Made by a program: the position numbers and the translations under genes
Notes under the pieces: model-generated
Told to the model about the DNA's origin: nothing
Database searches by the model: none
What the model saw: only the letters and a program-made list of their open reading frames with translations
From: Gemmatimonadota bacterium
GTDB taxonomy: Bacteria > Gemmatimonadota > Gemmatimonadetes > Gemmatimonadales > GWC2-71-9
Length of the DNA stretch: 64,000 nt
Assembly: GCA_039930765.1 (NCBI GenBank)
Contig: JBDTTF010000285.1
Coordinates: 69,185-133,184 of the forward strand
Direction of reading: 5' to 3'
In this document: one piece after another, positions 39,866 to 50,478 of the stretch
How the letters are laid out: the number at the start of each line of letters is the position of its first letter
Numbering within the stretch: position 1 is the first letter of the stretch

Positions 39866-41715
39866 TCGGTGACGGGTTTGGCGAGCGGTGGCAACGTGGC
39901 GGTAGCCTTGAGATGGGCCAGCACCCGCTCGGCCAACACAGCGGAAAAGCCAGGTGTGGCGGCGAGCTCCGCCGGACTGGCGGATCGAACCCCCGCCAGG
40001 CTGCCGAATTTCTCGAGCAGGGCGCGGCGGCGTGAGGGGCCAATCCCCGGAATGGTGAGCAGTTCGGAGGTGATGGTCCGGGCGCTGCGCCGCTGGCGGC
40101 TGTAGGCGACTCCAAACCGGTGGGCCTCGTCCCTGGCGCGTTGCAGCAGCCGCAGCGATGGGCTCCGGCGCGGCAGCCGCAGACTCTCGCTGCGACCCGG
40201 CAGGAAGATTTCTTCATCCCGCTTGGCCAGGCTGATGATCGGCAAGGCGGCGAAGCCCAGTGCCGTTGCGGCTTCCATGGCTGCATTGCGCTGTCCCTTG
40301 CCGCCGTCGATCACCAGCAAGTCGGGCAGTGGCTTTCCCTCGTCGCGGCGTCGGGTAAGGTAGCGGGTGACTACCTCATGGATTGCGGCAAAGTCGTCCT
40401 GCTGCCCGATGCCCTTGATCTTGAACCGCCGATACTCGGCCTTGCGGGGCCGTCCGCCCTCGAACCAGACCAGGGAACCGACCGTATCCCGGCCCTGGTT
40501 GGTAGAAATGTCGATGCAGACGAAGCTGCGCGGGACGGCGTTGAGGCCCAGATCGCGGCCGAGAGCATAGACCGGATCCTCGGCGCGCTCATCGGTCTCG
40601 AACGATTCAATCCGGAGGCTTTCGAGCAGGTGGCGGGCGTTCTGCTCGGCCAGGTTGAGCCAGCGCCAGGCGGTCCCTCGTTGCGGGACCAGCCACTGGA
40701 TGTCGGGATTGAGGGCGGCGAGATCGTCCTGGTCGGAGGGAGGGAAGGGCAATACGACCCTGCGCACCCGGCCTTCGGTCGGCAGGTAGCAGCGGACCAG
40801 GTAGGCGCTGAGGATCGTCTCATCAGCGGCTTCATCGACATTCTCGAGGAAGCGATGCTCACGGGCCACCACCCGGCCATCCCTGACGCGGACCAGAACG
40901 CCGACCGCATCGTCGCGGTCATGGGCAAAGCCGATCACGTCCGCGTCTCCGGTCCCGACGGTCTCACTGGACGGTGGCGCCTCGAGCTGGTCCACCCAGC
41001 GGAGCGTTTCACGCAGATCCCGGGCGCGCTCGTAGTCGGTGCGCTCGCTGGCGACGTTCATCATGTCGCGCAGCGTCTCACGAACGTCAACCGTGCGGCC
41101 CTCGAGAAAGGCCAGGACTTCCGCGATCATTGCGCGGTAGTCGGTCTCGAGCTGACGACCGACACAGGGGGCGCGGCAACGCCCAATATGAAAATCGAGG
41201 CAGGGACGCTCGCGCCGTTCCCGGGGAATGTCATCGGCGCAGCTCCGAACCGTGAAGATGCGGCGAATGATGGCGAGGGTCCGGCGCAGGCTGGTCACAT
41301 CGGTATACGGGCCAAAATACCGTGCCCCGGCCAGGTCACGGCGCCGGGTAACCAGCACCCGGGGAAAGGGCTCGTTGACGGTCACGGCTATCGAGGGATA
41401 GCTCTTGTCGTCCTTGAGGCGGACGTTGAACCGAGGCTGGTATTCCTTGATGAGGTTGTTCTCGAGCAGCAGTGAGTCGGCTTCGTTGGCGACCACGATG
41501 GTCTCGACATCGCTGATCTGGCGGAGCAGCAGGCTCTTGCCCGGGCCGGGCGTCGGATCGGCAGCGAAATAGCTGCGGACCCGGCTCGACAGCCGCTTGG
41601 CCTTCCCGACATACAACACCTCGCCCTCGGCATTCTTCCAGAGGTACACGCCGGGACCATCCGGCAGCGTGTCCAGCTTGCGCTGCAGCAGTTCGGGAGG
41701 CTCGGGAATACTCAC
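39862..41715 (-). CDS. uvrC: Excinuclease ABC subunit C
   Basis: GIY-YIG N-terminus (GVYLWKNAEGEVLYVGKAKRL), UVR motif, C-terminal (HhH)2. Confidence 0.95.
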   Translation of the reverse strand: MSIPEPPELLQRKLDTLPDGPGVYLWKNAEGEVLYVGKAKRLSSRVRSYFAADPTPGPGKSLLLRQISDVETIVVANEADSLLLENNLIKEYQPRFNVRLKDDKSYPSIAVTVNEPFPRVLVTRRRDLAGARYFGPYTDVTSLRRTLAIIRRIFTVRSCADDIPRERRERPCLDFHIGRCRAPCVGRQLETDYRAMIAEVLAFLEGRTVDVRETLRDMMNVASERTDYERARDLRETLRWVDQLEAPPSSETVGTGDADVIGFAHDRDDAVGVLVRVRDGRVVAREHRFLENVDEAADETILSAYLVRCYLPTEGRVRRVVLPFPPSDQDDLAALNPDIQWLVPQRGTAWRWLNLAEQNARHLLESLRIESFETDERAEDPVYALGRDLGLNAVPRSFVCIDISTNQGRDTVGSLVWFEGGRPRKAEYRRFKIKGIGQQDDFAAIHEVVTRYLTRRRDEGKPLPDLLVIDGGKGQRNAAMEAATALGFAALPIISLAKRDEEIFLPGRSESLRLPRRSPSLRLLQRARDEAHRFGVAYSRQRRSARTITSELLTIPGIGPSRRRALLEKFGSLAGVRSASPAELAATPGFSAVLAERVLAHLKATATLPPLAKPVTE

Positions 41716-43319
41716 TGGCGCCCCGCCATGGCTGAAATCCTTGCCGTGACCTCGGCCACCTCACTGACGCCGAACAGCAGCGCGGCGGCCAGGTAGGCCA
41801 CGCCGTAGATGCCCAGCATCAGGATGGCCTGGGGAATCGGGGGGAACTCTCCCAGCAGCCAGTGGACACCCCAGGCGCAGCCAGCGGCCACTCCGGCGGC
41901 CAGATAGAGCCGGCCCACGAAGCCGAGCGGAATGCCGGTCTGCCCTACCCTGCGGTTGATGGCCCGTCGAAGCAGGGTGAACTCGACCCAGCCGGCGAGT
42001 CCGGCGGACGCGGTCAGGCCGGCAGCACCCCACCGGGTGGACACGCCAAGCGACTCCGGCAACCACAGTGCTGCGCCCAACCCCAGCGCGACCGTCAGTG
42101 CCACCCGAATCAGGGCAAAGAGCAGGGGGGTCCTGGTGTCCCGAAGTGCATAGGATGCGGAGGCGTACAGCCGTCCCAGCGTGCCCGCGAGCAGGCCGAC
42201 GGCAGAGCCGGCCAGGATACCCCAGACGTACTGGCTGTCCTCGGCGGTGAAGTGGCCGCGCTGGAACAGGGCGGCGGCAATGACCCCACCGAGCGCAATG
42301 AACGCCACGGCGGACGGAATCACGAAAAAGGCAATCCGCCGCAAGCCCGAGTTGAGCCGGGTGCGCAGATGCGCCGCAATCTCGTCATCAGTGCCGACCG
42401 CCCCTGACATGGCGGGAAGTTCGGCAGCGGAAACGGCCATCCCGAAGAGGCTCACCGGCAAAGTGTAGATCATCTGCGCATTGCCCAGCGCCGCGGCCGC
42501 CCCGGTGGGGAGCAACGTGGCGATGATCGAATCCACATAGGCGCTGATCTGGGTGACCCCCCGGCTGATGAAGGCCGGGAAGAAATTCCTGACGACAGAC
42601 CGGACCTCAGGATTGTCAGACCCGATGCCAGGCCGAAGCACGCCGGCCAGCAGTCGCACCATCGGCAGCTGCACGATGAGCTGCAGTCCGCTGCCGATCA
42701 CCGATCCCCAGGCGGCCCAGATGGCAATCTGCTCGGCCCCGCCGCGCGGGCCCTCCCAGATCAGGGCAAAGATGATGGCCAGATTCCACATCACCGGCGC
42801 AGCGTACGGCAGCAAAAAACTCCGGTGGCTGTTGAGCACACCGAGGCACCAGGCCGACAGCACCAGCAGCCCGGCGCCCGGAAAGAAGATCCGGACGAGA
42901 GTAATGCCCAATTCCCGCTTGGCGCCGGAATAGCCGGGTGCGATCACACTCATCAGCTGTGGAGTTGCCAGCACTCCGGCCAGGACGATCAGCGCGACGA
43001 CCAGTCCCAGAATGGTGGCAATGGCGCCGGCGACTTTGCGAGCATCCTCCCGCCGGCCCTGGGCCAGCAGCCCCGCGTAGACGGGGATGAACGAGGCGGA
43101 GAGCGCACCTTCTCCAAACAGGTTCTGCAGGAAGTTGGGGATTCGAAAGGCGACGGTGTAGACATCCGCTGCGTCCGACAGGCCCAGGTAGCGAGCGAAG
43201 ATGGCCTGGCGGACGAGTCCGATCATCCGGCTGAGCAGAATGCCGAGGGCCACAAGGAAAGCCGCGCCACCGGAGCGCGGGGATTTACCCGGGCCCGGGC
43301 CGGGAGCGGCCATGGTCAT
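41712..43319 (-). CDS. murJ: Lipid II flippase MurJ (MviN)
   Basis: ATG 43319 (MTMAAPG...). LLSRMIGLVRQAIFARYLG and AFRIPNFLQNLFGEGALSASFIPV signature; 14-TM profile. Confidence 0.9.
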   Translation of the reverse strand: MTMAAPGPGPGKSPRSGGAAFLVALGILLSRMIGLVRQAIFARYLGLSDAADVYTVAFRIPNFLQNLFGEGALSASFIPVYAGLLAQGRREDARKVAGAIATILGLVVALIVLAGVLATPQLMSVIAPGYSGAKRELGITLVRIFFPGAGLLVLSAWCLGVLNSHRSFLLPYAAPVMWNLAIIFALIWEGPRGGAEQIAIWAAWGSVIGSGLQLIVQLPMVRLLAGVLRPGIGSDNPEVRSVVRNFFPAFISRGVTQISAYVDSIIATLLPTGAAAALGNAQMIYTLPVSLFGMAVSAAELPAMSGAVGTDDEIAAHLRTRLNSGLRRIAFFVIPSAVAFIALGGVIAAALFQRGHFTAEDSQYVWGILAGSAVGLLAGTLGRLYASASYALRDTRTPLLFALIRVALTVALGLGAALWLPESLGVSTRWGAAGLTASAGLAGWVEFTLLRRAINRRVGQTGIPLGFVGRLYLAAGVAAGCAWGVHWLLGEFPPIPQAILMLGIYGVAYLAAALLFGVSEVAEVTARISAMAGRQ

Positions 43320-43329
43320 CGATGCGATC

Positions 43330-43608
43330 TCAGGATTTGGGCGGCGGGAGGCTTCCCCGGGGAGCGGTATCCTCAAGCAGGCGCTGCAGGAACGCGTTCT
43401 CCTCCTGCACCGAGGTCAGGGCACGCTGCAGGTCATCGACCTCGGCTTCCAGGGATTCCACCCGTTTAACCACCTCCGTGAGGCCCACGGACGCGGCTTC
43501 CCCGCCCTCGAGCCGGCGCCCGATGGCGCGACCGACCGGCGAATCGAGCACGATGCTCAACAGCGGGATCATGAGCACGGCGAGGACGATCAGACCGAGG
43601 AGAATCAT
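43330..43608 (-). CDS. Small single-TM protein with C-terminal coiled coil (PspB-like architecture)
   Basis: MILLGLIVLAVLMIPLLSIVL TM, then VESLEAEVDDLQRALTSVQEENAFLQRLLED. High GC3, tightly packed between bshC and murJ. No family recognised. Confidence 0.5.
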   Translation of the reverse strand: MILLGLIVLAVLMIPLLSIVLDSPVGRAIGRRLEGGEAASVGLTEVVKRVESLEAEVDDLQRALTSVQEENAFLQRLLEDTAPRGSLPPPKS

Positions 43609-43616
43609 GGCCGAGT

Positions 43617-45143
43617 CTACGCCGGTGGAGCGGCCCCTTCAAGGGCCTGCTCTACCCACGGCTCCATGGCGCCGGAAAGCTCGGCCAGGAACCCATCTCC
43701 ATAGCGGGACAGGAAGGGGGCAATTCCGAGCAGTCGCTCCTGCGGTTTTCCGGCGGGCTGGAGCGCGGTCCGGCTGCGCACGATCTGGCCTAGTTCGGTT
43801 TCGCCGCGCTTGCGGAGGTGCTGGATCAGCTTTTTCTCCAGGTCGGCAGTGGCACTGACGACCTGCGTCTTTGCGTTCTGGACCGGCCGGTCGAGTGTGG
43901 GGTCGATGTCATGGGCCGCAGCAGCCAGGGCGGTGAACGCGCTCTCCCCTGCTGCCGCGAGCTGGTTCAGCGCGTCGGTCGCGGCGGCCGGCAGCTGCGA
44001 TCGCAGTACCCGCGCTTCGAGGCCTGGAGCGGGGGCCAGCAGCTCCTCGATGGTGGCGCCGAATTTTTCAAGCGCCCGGTCCACTCTGGTTTCGACGACC
44101 AGGCCTGACCAGCGCGGCACTGGCGTCTGGCGATGGATCCCGAGCTGTTGATAAATCGGAGGGGTGAGCCTGAGGTAGCGCAGCTCACCGGGACCAGCCA
44201 CGTAGGCCACGGTCGGCAGCAGGACGCTCTCGAGTACCGGGCGGAGCAGCACGTTGGCCGAGAGCCGGGTGGGCTCCGCACGGGCCATCAGCTCCAGGTC
44301 CTGAATGGTGAATCGCTCCCCGGAACGCCGGGCGGTGAAGCCCGCAGCATCCGCAATCAGCCGATCGCGGCCCAGACGGCCCTCGACCATGACCAGGGTG
44401 GCGTCATCGCCGACCGCGATGCCGGCATCGTGACCGCCGGATTTCAACCGGGCGTCCGCCGCGGCCAGCGCCGTGGCCAGGTCCCGGTGCGCCCGCAGCG
44501 CCTTCAACAGGACGGGCGCCGCGAGCTGCTTGACCGCCGATTGGGTGGAATCGAAACAGAGCACACCGAGTGGCCCCAGGAGTTCCGCCAGCGCTCCCGC
44601 ATACGCCGAGGACATGGTGGCCTCGACGGTGAAGTGCCGCCCCAGCCACGCCAGCGTCATTTCGCGAAACTCCGAGGGCGGCAGGTCCTGAGTCAGGGCA
44701 TCGAGTGCCGCCGTGATATCAGGTCCGAGGGCTTCGCGGTACATCGGTAGCTGGGGCGCGGCCGGATCCCGCTGGCGCAACACCCGGGTGACCAGTTCAC
44801 CACCGGAGTTGAGCCAGGATGCGCTGGCTGCTTCGGCGAAGTCATGATCATCGCCAGCGACCCAGAAGATCGGGACGACCGGCCGGTTCCAGCGGGCGGA
44901 CAGGCGGCGGGCCAGCAGCGCGGCGGAGAGCGCCTTGTGAATGGTGTACAGCGGGCCCAGGAACAGGCCGGGCTGCTGCCCCGTCGTGACGACCAGTACG
45001 TTCGGATCGGCCAGCGCCGCCCGGGCAGACTCTGTCCCAGCGGCCGCAACGATGGCGGGCACGAGCGCCGGCTCGAAGCCGCCTGCGCGAAGTGGAATCG
45101 GCTCGAACGGAAACGGCAGTGGAGTGGCGATGTACCGGGTCAC
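43617..45143 (-). CDS. bshC: Bacillithiol biosynthesis cysteine-adding enzyme BshC
   Basis: 508 aa. VVTTGQQPGLFLGPLYTIHKALSA motif and overall size match my recollection of the BshC (DUF2317) family. Confidence 0.72.
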   Translation of the reverse strand: MTRYIATPLPFPFEPIPLRAGGFEPALVPAIVAAAGTESARAALADPNVLVVTTGQQPGLFLGPLYTIHKALSAALLARRLSARWNRPVVPIFWVAGDDHDFAEAASASWLNSGGELVTRVLRQRDPAAPQLPMYREALGPDITAALDALTQDLPPSEFREMTLAWLGRHFTVEATMSSAYAGALAELLGPLGVLCFDSTQSAVKQLAAPVLLKALRAHRDLATALAAADARLKSGGHDAGIAVGDDATLVMVEGRLGRDRLIADAAGFTARRSGERFTIQDLELMARAEPTRLSANVLLRPVLESVLLPTVAYVAGPGELRYLRLTPPIYQQLGIHRQTPVPRWSGLVVETRVDRALEKFGATIEELLAPAPGLEARVLRSQLPAAATDALNQLAAAGESAFTALAAAAHDIDPTLDRPVQNAKTQVVSATADLEKKLIQHLRKRGETELGQIVRSRTALQPAGKPQERLLGIAPFLSRYGDGFLAELSGAMEPWVEQALEGAAPPA

Positions 45144-45850
45144 GGCCGTTCCGCGAAAAGGATGAGGCGTGAAGAGGTGCTGGCATGGACCGAACCGTCG
45201 TACTCTCCGGCGGTGCTGCGCAGCGCGAGTCCGGCCCGGGTGATCATACCCGTGAGTTCGGCCAGCCCGAGCAGCCTCACTCGTTCCGTGAAGGTCCGGC
45301 CGTCGGCAGTACGAATGGTCTTGATGACCCGGCCCGCTTCGAGCCGGCGTTCGATCTCGACCCTGGTCTGACCGAGTACGGCGGACTCGGCGCGGACCAA
45401 TCCGGCGGTCACGGCAGCTGCGTTCAGAAAGTCGATCACCAGCCAGCCACCGGGCCGCAATGCGGCCGCCATCTGGGCGATGGCCTGGAAGTGTTCTTCA
45501 TCAGTGGCAAAATACCCGAAACTGGTGAACAGATTGACCACCAGGTCGAAGCTGCCCGGCCGAATTGGGAGGTGCCGCATGTCGGCCCGGATCAGCGGCA
45601 CCGTCGAGGCCTGCCGGGCACGCGCCAGCAGGCTGGCCGAGAGATCGAGTCCGATCGGGCGGGCGCCGATGGACTCGAAGGCCTGCAAATGACGGCCCGG
45701 CCCGCAACCAACATCGAGCATGCGACTGCCGGACAGGGATGGCACCCGGCTGGCGACCAGGGCAGCGAGACGGGCCGCCTCGCCGGCATCACGATGCGGA
45801 TAGAGCTGGAGGTACTCCTCGCCGAACCACTGCTGGAACCACTCGGACAT
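45140..45850 (-). CDS. Class I SAM-dependent methyltransferase
   Basis: ATG 45850 (MSEWFQQWFGEEY). MLDVGCGPGRH motif I, LRPGGWLVIDF. The stop overlaps the bshC start (4 bp). Confidence 0.8.
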   Translation of the reverse strand: MSEWFQQWFGEEYLQLYPHRDAGEAARLAALVASRVPSLSGSRMLDVGCGPGRHLQAFESIGARPIGLDLSASLLARARQASTVPLIRADMRHLPIRPGSFDLVVNLFTSFGYFATDEEHFQAIAQMAAALRPGGWLVIDFLNAAAVTAGLVRAESAVLGQTRVEIERRLEAGRVIKTIRTADGRTFTERVRLLGLAELTGMITRAGLALRSTAGEYDGSVHASTSSRLILFAERP

Positions 45851-45875
45851 GAGGCCAATCGCAGGAAAAGGGCGA

Positions 45876-46358
45876 CTACTTGCGCACCGCTTCGTCGCCA
45901 CCCTTGTGATACGGCTCGCCACGCAGAATGGTGAAGCCGCGATACAATTGTTCGAGCACGACCACCCGGGCCAACTCGTGGGGCAGGGTGATGGCTCCCA
46001 GGCTCCAGCGGTGGGCGGCCGCAGCGGTGAATCCGGCATCGAGGCCAAATGAGCCACCGATCACAAAGACCACGGGCCGGCCCTGCGGTTGCCAGTGGGC
46101 CAGTCGCCGGGCCAACTCGGCGCTGCTCCAGGCCGATCCGCCACGGGCCAGCGCTACCATGATGGCGCCGGCCGGAAGTCTCTGGCGCAACCGATCGGCT
46201 TCCTCGCTCCGCTGGCGGGCCACGGTGCCGGCGCGGCTGGCTTCCCGGATCTCGATCTCGGTCAGCCGAGCGTAATGGCCGATTCGCCGAGCGTAGTCGT
46301 CAGCCGCCTGGCGGTAATGGCTGCGCAGGCGGCCAACGGCCAGCAGCGCCAGCTCCAT
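45876..46358 (-). CDS. rlmH: 23S rRNA (pseudouridine1915-N3)-methyltransferase RlmH
   Basis: SPOUT YbeA family: FVIGGSFGL...LGAITLPHELARVVVLEQLYR. Confidence 0.92.
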   Translation of the reverse strand: MELALLAVGRLRSHYRQAADDYARRIGHYARLTEIEIREASRAGTVARQRSEEADRLRQRLPAGAIMVALARGGSAWSSAELARRLAHWQPQGRPVVFVIGGSFGLDAGFTAAAAHRWSLGAITLPHELARVVVLEQLYRGFTILRGEPYHKGGDEAVRK

Positions 46359-47674
46359 CAGGCATACATGCCGCGGAGCCGGTGCACCGCCGCCACCCGT
46401 TCGATGGCCAGCATGTAGGCGCCGATCCGGTTGTCGAGGTTGTGCTTCTTGGCCATGGCGGTGACCTCCTCGAAACTCCGGACCATGATCTTCTCGAGGC
46501 GGCTGTTGACCGTCTCCTCATCCCAGAAGTAGCCGCCCCGGTCCTGGACCCATTCGAAGTAGCTGACCGTGACGCCACCGGCGTTGGCCAGGATATCCGG
46601 AATGACGAAGACTCCATTTTCATTCAGGATCTTGTCGGCACCGGGCGTGGTCGGCCCATTGGCGCCCTCGCAGACGATCCTGGCCTTGACTCTGGCGGCG
46701 TTCTTTCCGGTGAGGACATTTTCGAGCGCCGCTGGAACCAGGACATCGCAGGGCAATTCCAGGATTTCCTCATTGGTCACCGCCTGGGCTCCCGCGAATC
46801 CCTTGAGGAACTTGTTCTGCTTCACATGGGCAATCAGGGCATCCACCTTGAGGCCGCCGGGATTGTAGACCCCGCCCGACTTGTCGCTCACCGCGACGAT
46901 CGTCATCCCTTCCCGCTCCATGAGCTGGGCCGCAATGGATCCGACATTGCCGAAGCCCTGAATGACCACCTTGGTGCCGGCCAGCGGCATGTTGAGCAGC
47001 TTGAGCGCTTCACGGGTGACGATCATGCAGCCACGACCGGTGGCCTCACGGCGGCCCAGCGAGCCGCCCATCTCGACCGGCTTGCCGGTGACCACGGCAT
47101 TCACCGTGTGCCGCTTGTGCATGGAATAGGTATCCATGACCCAGGCCATGACCCGTTCATTGGTGTTGACGTCCGGCGCGGGAACGTCGGAGTCGGGGCC
47201 CAGAGTGTCGATGATGGCGGAGGTATAGCGGCGGGTGAGTTTTTCGAGTTCGGCATTCGACATGGTGGAGGGGTCACAGACCACTCCGCCCTTGGAGCCG
47301 CCGAACGGCAGATTGACCACGGCACACTTCCAGGTCATCCAGGCGGCCAACGCCTTGACCTCATCGAGCGTGACCTGCAGGTCGAACCGGATGCCGCCCT
47401 TGGCCGGCCCCCGCGACGTGTTGTACAGGACGCGATAGCCGGTGTAGACGTCGACATCACCGTTGTCCCGCAGGACCGGGACGGAGACGATGATCTGTTT
47501 CTCCGGGTGACGGAGGATCTTGTAGAGCCCCGGCTCGAGGTTGAGCTTCTGGGCGGCGAAGTCGAAGCGGGACATCATGGCCTCGAAGGGATTCTCCTCA
47601 CTGAGGAAACGATCCTTGTCGGGCATGATGACGTTCTGGCTGGTCCGGCTGGTCGCAGTCATTGTCCTCTCCAC
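46358..47674 (-). CDS. gdhA: Glu/Leu/Phe/Val-family (glutamate) dehydrogenase
   Basis: GPAKGGIRF catalytic lysine motif; GFGNVG Rossmann. Confidence 0.93.
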   Translation of the reverse strand: MERTMTATSRTSQNVIMPDKDRFLSEENPFEAMMSRFDFAAQKLNLEPGLYKILRHPEKQIIVSVPVLRDNGDVDVYTGYRVLYNTSRGPAKGGIRFDLQVTLDEVKALAAWMTWKCAVVNLPFGGSKGGVVCDPSTMSNAELEKLTRRYTSAIIDTLGPDSDVPAPDVNTNERVMAWVMDTYSMHKRHTVNAVVTGKPVEMGGSLGRREATGRGCMIVTREALKLLNMPLAGTKVVIQGFGNVGSIAAQLMEREGMTIVAVSDKSGGVYNPGGLKVDALIAHVKQNKFLKGFAGAQAVTNEEILELPCDVLVPAALENVLTGKNAARVKARIVCEGANGPTTPGADKILNENGVFVIPDILANAGGVTVSYFEWVQDRGGYFWDEETVNSRLEKIMVRSFEEVTAMAKKHNLDNRIGAYMLAIERVAAVHRLRGMYA

Positions 47675-47699
47675 ATCGTGGATTGATCGAATCGTGATA

Positions 47700-48746
47700 T
47701 TACAGGCGGTCGGCCGGTGTCACCACGGCATCCAGCGCCGCGACGATCCGCTCGGCCCCGCTTTCCCAGGTCACGGCCAGCACGGCAACCAGCGGTTCCG
47801 GCACACTGGCCGGCCAGCGGTCCCGCAATTTCACGGCGTCCTTTTCAGTCAGCACGACATGGTCCGCCTTGCGGGCCGCACCCGCCAGCCAGGCCACATC
47901 CTCATCACGGAACTCGTGGTGATCCTTCCAGGTGGCCACCTGGACGGCCGCGCCGGTCATCTTGGTCTGGGCCACGAATGCCTCGGGATCACCGATGGCC
48001 GACGCGGCGACTACCCGCTTGCCGAGCAGGGCCGACGATTCGGTTACCCGGCCGCTGACCAGCCCCTCGTACCGGGCCAGGCCCAGGTGGGCGACGGCTA
48101 CGGCGCCACGGGTCCTGGTGGCCAGGTCCCGGGCCAGTTCCTGGGCCGCTTCCGCGGTGGCCCGCTTGCGGGTCACGACGATCAGATCGGCGCGATCGAT
48201 CGCGGCCATCGGTTCACGCCACGGTCCGGCCGGAAGTGGCCAGCCAACTGCCCGGGCCGATTCAGCGCTGATCACGAGCAGGTTCAGGTCCCGTCGCACG
48301 TCAATGCGCTGATACGCATCGTCCAGTACCAGGACCTGGGCGCCCTGCGCCAGCGCCCGTTCAGCACCCGCCACCCGATCGGGGTCGGCGACGACCCGGG
48401 CCGAAGGAACCAGACGCTGGTGGACTCGGGCCTCGTCGCCGCCGCGATAGCCCCGAAGCAGGATCCCAGGGACCAGGCCAGCCCGGGCATAGTGCTGCGC
48501 GATCCAGGTTGCGATCGGCGTCTTGCCCGACCCACCCACCGTCAGGTTGCCGACCGACACTGCCGGCAGCGGCAGGTCATGGGTCTCGGACCAGCCAGCC
48601 GCATAGCTCCAGCTGCGGAATGCCATGGCCAGCCGATAGACCGCCGCCAGCGGCAGCAACATCAGCCGCGCCATCCGGGCATCGATCCGCCGGCTGGTCC
48701 ACAGCCAGCGAATCAGCCGGTGAGAGTCTCTGCTTGCCCGGGCCAT
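47700..48746 (-). CDS. lpxK: Tetraacyldisaccharide 4'-kinase
   Basis: [16 protein letters not shown]-loop; GYRGG. Confidence 0.88.
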   Translation of the reverse strand: MARASRDSHRLIRWLWTSRRIDARMARLMLLPLAAVYRLAMAFRSWSYAAGWSETHDLPLPAVSVGNLTVGGSGKTPIATWIAQHYARAGLVPGILLRGYRGGDEARVHQRLVPSARVVADPDRVAGAERALAQGAQVLVLDDAYQRIDVRRDLNLLVISAESARAVGWPLPAGPWREPMAAIDRADLIVVTRKRATAEAAQELARDLATRTRGAVAVAHLGLARYEGLVSGRVTESSALLGKRVVAASAIGDPEAFVAQTKMTGAAVQVATWKDHHEFRDEDVAWLAGAARKADHVVLTEKDAVKLRDRWPASVPEPLVAVLAVTWESGAERIVAALDAVVTPADRL

Positions 48747-49360
48747 GCGGCCTTTCTCGTGACGGAAGCCATGTCGGTCTGGATCCGGTCCATTGCCGCG
48801 GCCTCATTGGCCGCGTCGATCGCGAACGGCTGGCCGTAGACTACCCGCACCCGGGCGAACGGCTTGGGGATCATGAATCGATCCCACGAACGCAGCCGCC
48901 AGGCCCGGTCCGCTTCCGCATGCACCGGAATCAACTGGGCGCCGCTGCGTGCCGCCGCCGCCAGGATACCCGGTTTCATTTCCCGCCGTGGACCCCGGGG
49001 GCCGTCGGGCGTCATGGCAACGGTGCCGCCGGCTTCCAGGGCCCTCACCGCCGCCAGCAGCGCCCTGGCCCCGCCGCGAGTGCTGGAGCCGCGAATCAAG
49101 CCGTAGCCTGCTGCGTCGGCAAAATCGGCGAGGTACTGGCCATCGCGGGCCTCGCTGACCACAATCGCAACCTGCTCCTGCCGATGCAGCCACATCAGCG
49201 GCAGCAGCGCCTCATGCCAGACCACAAAGGCCACCTTCCGCCGCTCCGGTGACCGGGCGAGCTCACAGCCATCGCCATCGAGCTGGAACCGCCAGGTCCT
49301 GGCCAGCAACCGCACCAACGGCACGCCAGCGGTGCGTACCACAACCGGGGAGACCTTCAC
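48713..49360 (-). CDS. DUF374 / lysophospholipid-acyltransferase-like protein
   Basis: VVWHEALLPLMWLHR...IRGSSTRGGARAL...MTPDGPRGP pattern. Position between lpxB and lpxK. Confidence 0.72.
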   Translation of the reverse strand: MKVSPVVVRTAGVPLVRLLARTWRFQLDGDGCELARSPERRKVAFVVWHEALLPLMWLHRQEQVAIVVSEARDGQYLADFADAAGYGLIRGSSTRGGARALLAAVRALEAGGTVAMTPDGPRGPRREMKPGILAAAARSGAQLIPVHAEADRAWRLRSWDRFMIPKPFARVRVVYGQPFAIDAANEAAAMDRIQTDMASVTRKAAWPGQAETLTG

Positions 49361-50478
49361 TCGCCGAGCAATTCGGCGGCGATTCGTGCCACCCGCCCGG
49401 CCGCACCGGGATCACCGAGCCGGCGGACCACCTCGGCCAGACCGTCCAGCTGCGCCAGCCTCTCAGGCGAAGCGGGATCAAGTAGTGGACGGATGGCCGC
49501 GGCCAGCTCGGCCGGCCGGACCGGACGCTTCCAGATCTCGGGCACCAGCATCCGACCGATGACCAGGTTGACCAGGCTGATCAGTTCAGTGGTGATCAGG
49601 AACCGGCCAATGATGTAGGTCCCGATGCTCGTCAGGTACGACACAACCATCGGAACACCAGCCAGCGCCGCTTCGAGGGTCGTGGTGCCCGACTTGGCCA
49701 GCGCCGCATCGGCCGACACGAATACCGGGACCGGATCGCCGCGGTGGATGACGATCGGGCCAGGTTCGGGGTAGCGACCAGTGCCGGTCCCCGCCACAAT
49801 CGCGTGGGTGCAGCGCCCCTCAGCCAGCATCTGGAGCGCCACGGCCCTGAACAGGGGCCACAGTCGCTCGACTTCCTGATCCCGACTGCCCGGAAAGATA
49901 CCCAGAACCCGAGCCGGTTCGGGCAGCTCAAGCTCACGGCGTGCCGCATCCCGGTCAGGCCATGGAGGCCGATCCACCAGCGGGTGACCGACATACTCCG
50001 CCTTGATTCCCGCCCGGGCGAAGAACTCGGTTTCGAACGGCAGCACCACCGCCATCCGGTCGACCGCTGCCGCGAACCGCCTGGCCCTTCCCGGCGCCCA
50101 GGCCCACAGCTGCGGTGCGATATAGTAGAGCACCTTGATCCCGGCTGTGCGCGCGGCCTCGGCCACCCGCAGGTGGAATCCGGGATAGTCGATCAGGATG
50201 ACCAGATCCCACTTGCCCGAGGCAAACTCCCGGCGGAGCTGGCGGAGCAGCCGGTAGTGGGCCGGAATCTTGGTCACCACTTCGCTGAACCCGAACGCCG
50301 AGAGCGCTTCCATCCTGACCGACAATTCGGCGCCCGCGGCGGCCATCCTCGGGCCACCGAAGCCGCCGATGGTAGCGCCGGGAAAGCGCTGGCGCAGCGC
50401 TTCGACCACGTGCGCGCCGTGCAGATCACCCGACGGCTCACCGGCGGAGATCCAGATTCTCGGCGGGGTGCCGCCCAT
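49357..50478 (-). CDS. lpxB: Lipid-A-disaccharide synthase
   Basis: IWISAGEPSGDLHGA N-terminus; YYIAPQLWAW; SGTTTLEAAL. Confidence 0.92.
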   Translation of the reverse strand: MGGTPPRIWISAGEPSGDLHGAHVVEALRQRFPGATIGGFGGPRMAAAGAELSVRMEALSAFGFSEVVTKIPAHYRLLRQLRREFASGKWDLVILIDYPGFHLRVAEAARTAGIKVLYYIAPQLWAWAPGRARRFAAAVDRMAVVLPFETEFFARAGIKAEYVGHPLVDRPPWPDRDAARRELELPEPARVLGIFPGSRDQEVERLWPLFRAVALQMLAEGRCTHAIVAGTGTGRYPEPGPIVIHRGDPVPVFVSADAALAKSGTTTLEAALAGVPMVVSYLTSIGTYIIGRFLITTELISLVNLVIGRMLVPEIWKRPVRPAELAAAIRPLLDPASPERLAQLDGLAEVVRRLGDPGAAGRVARIAAELLGE

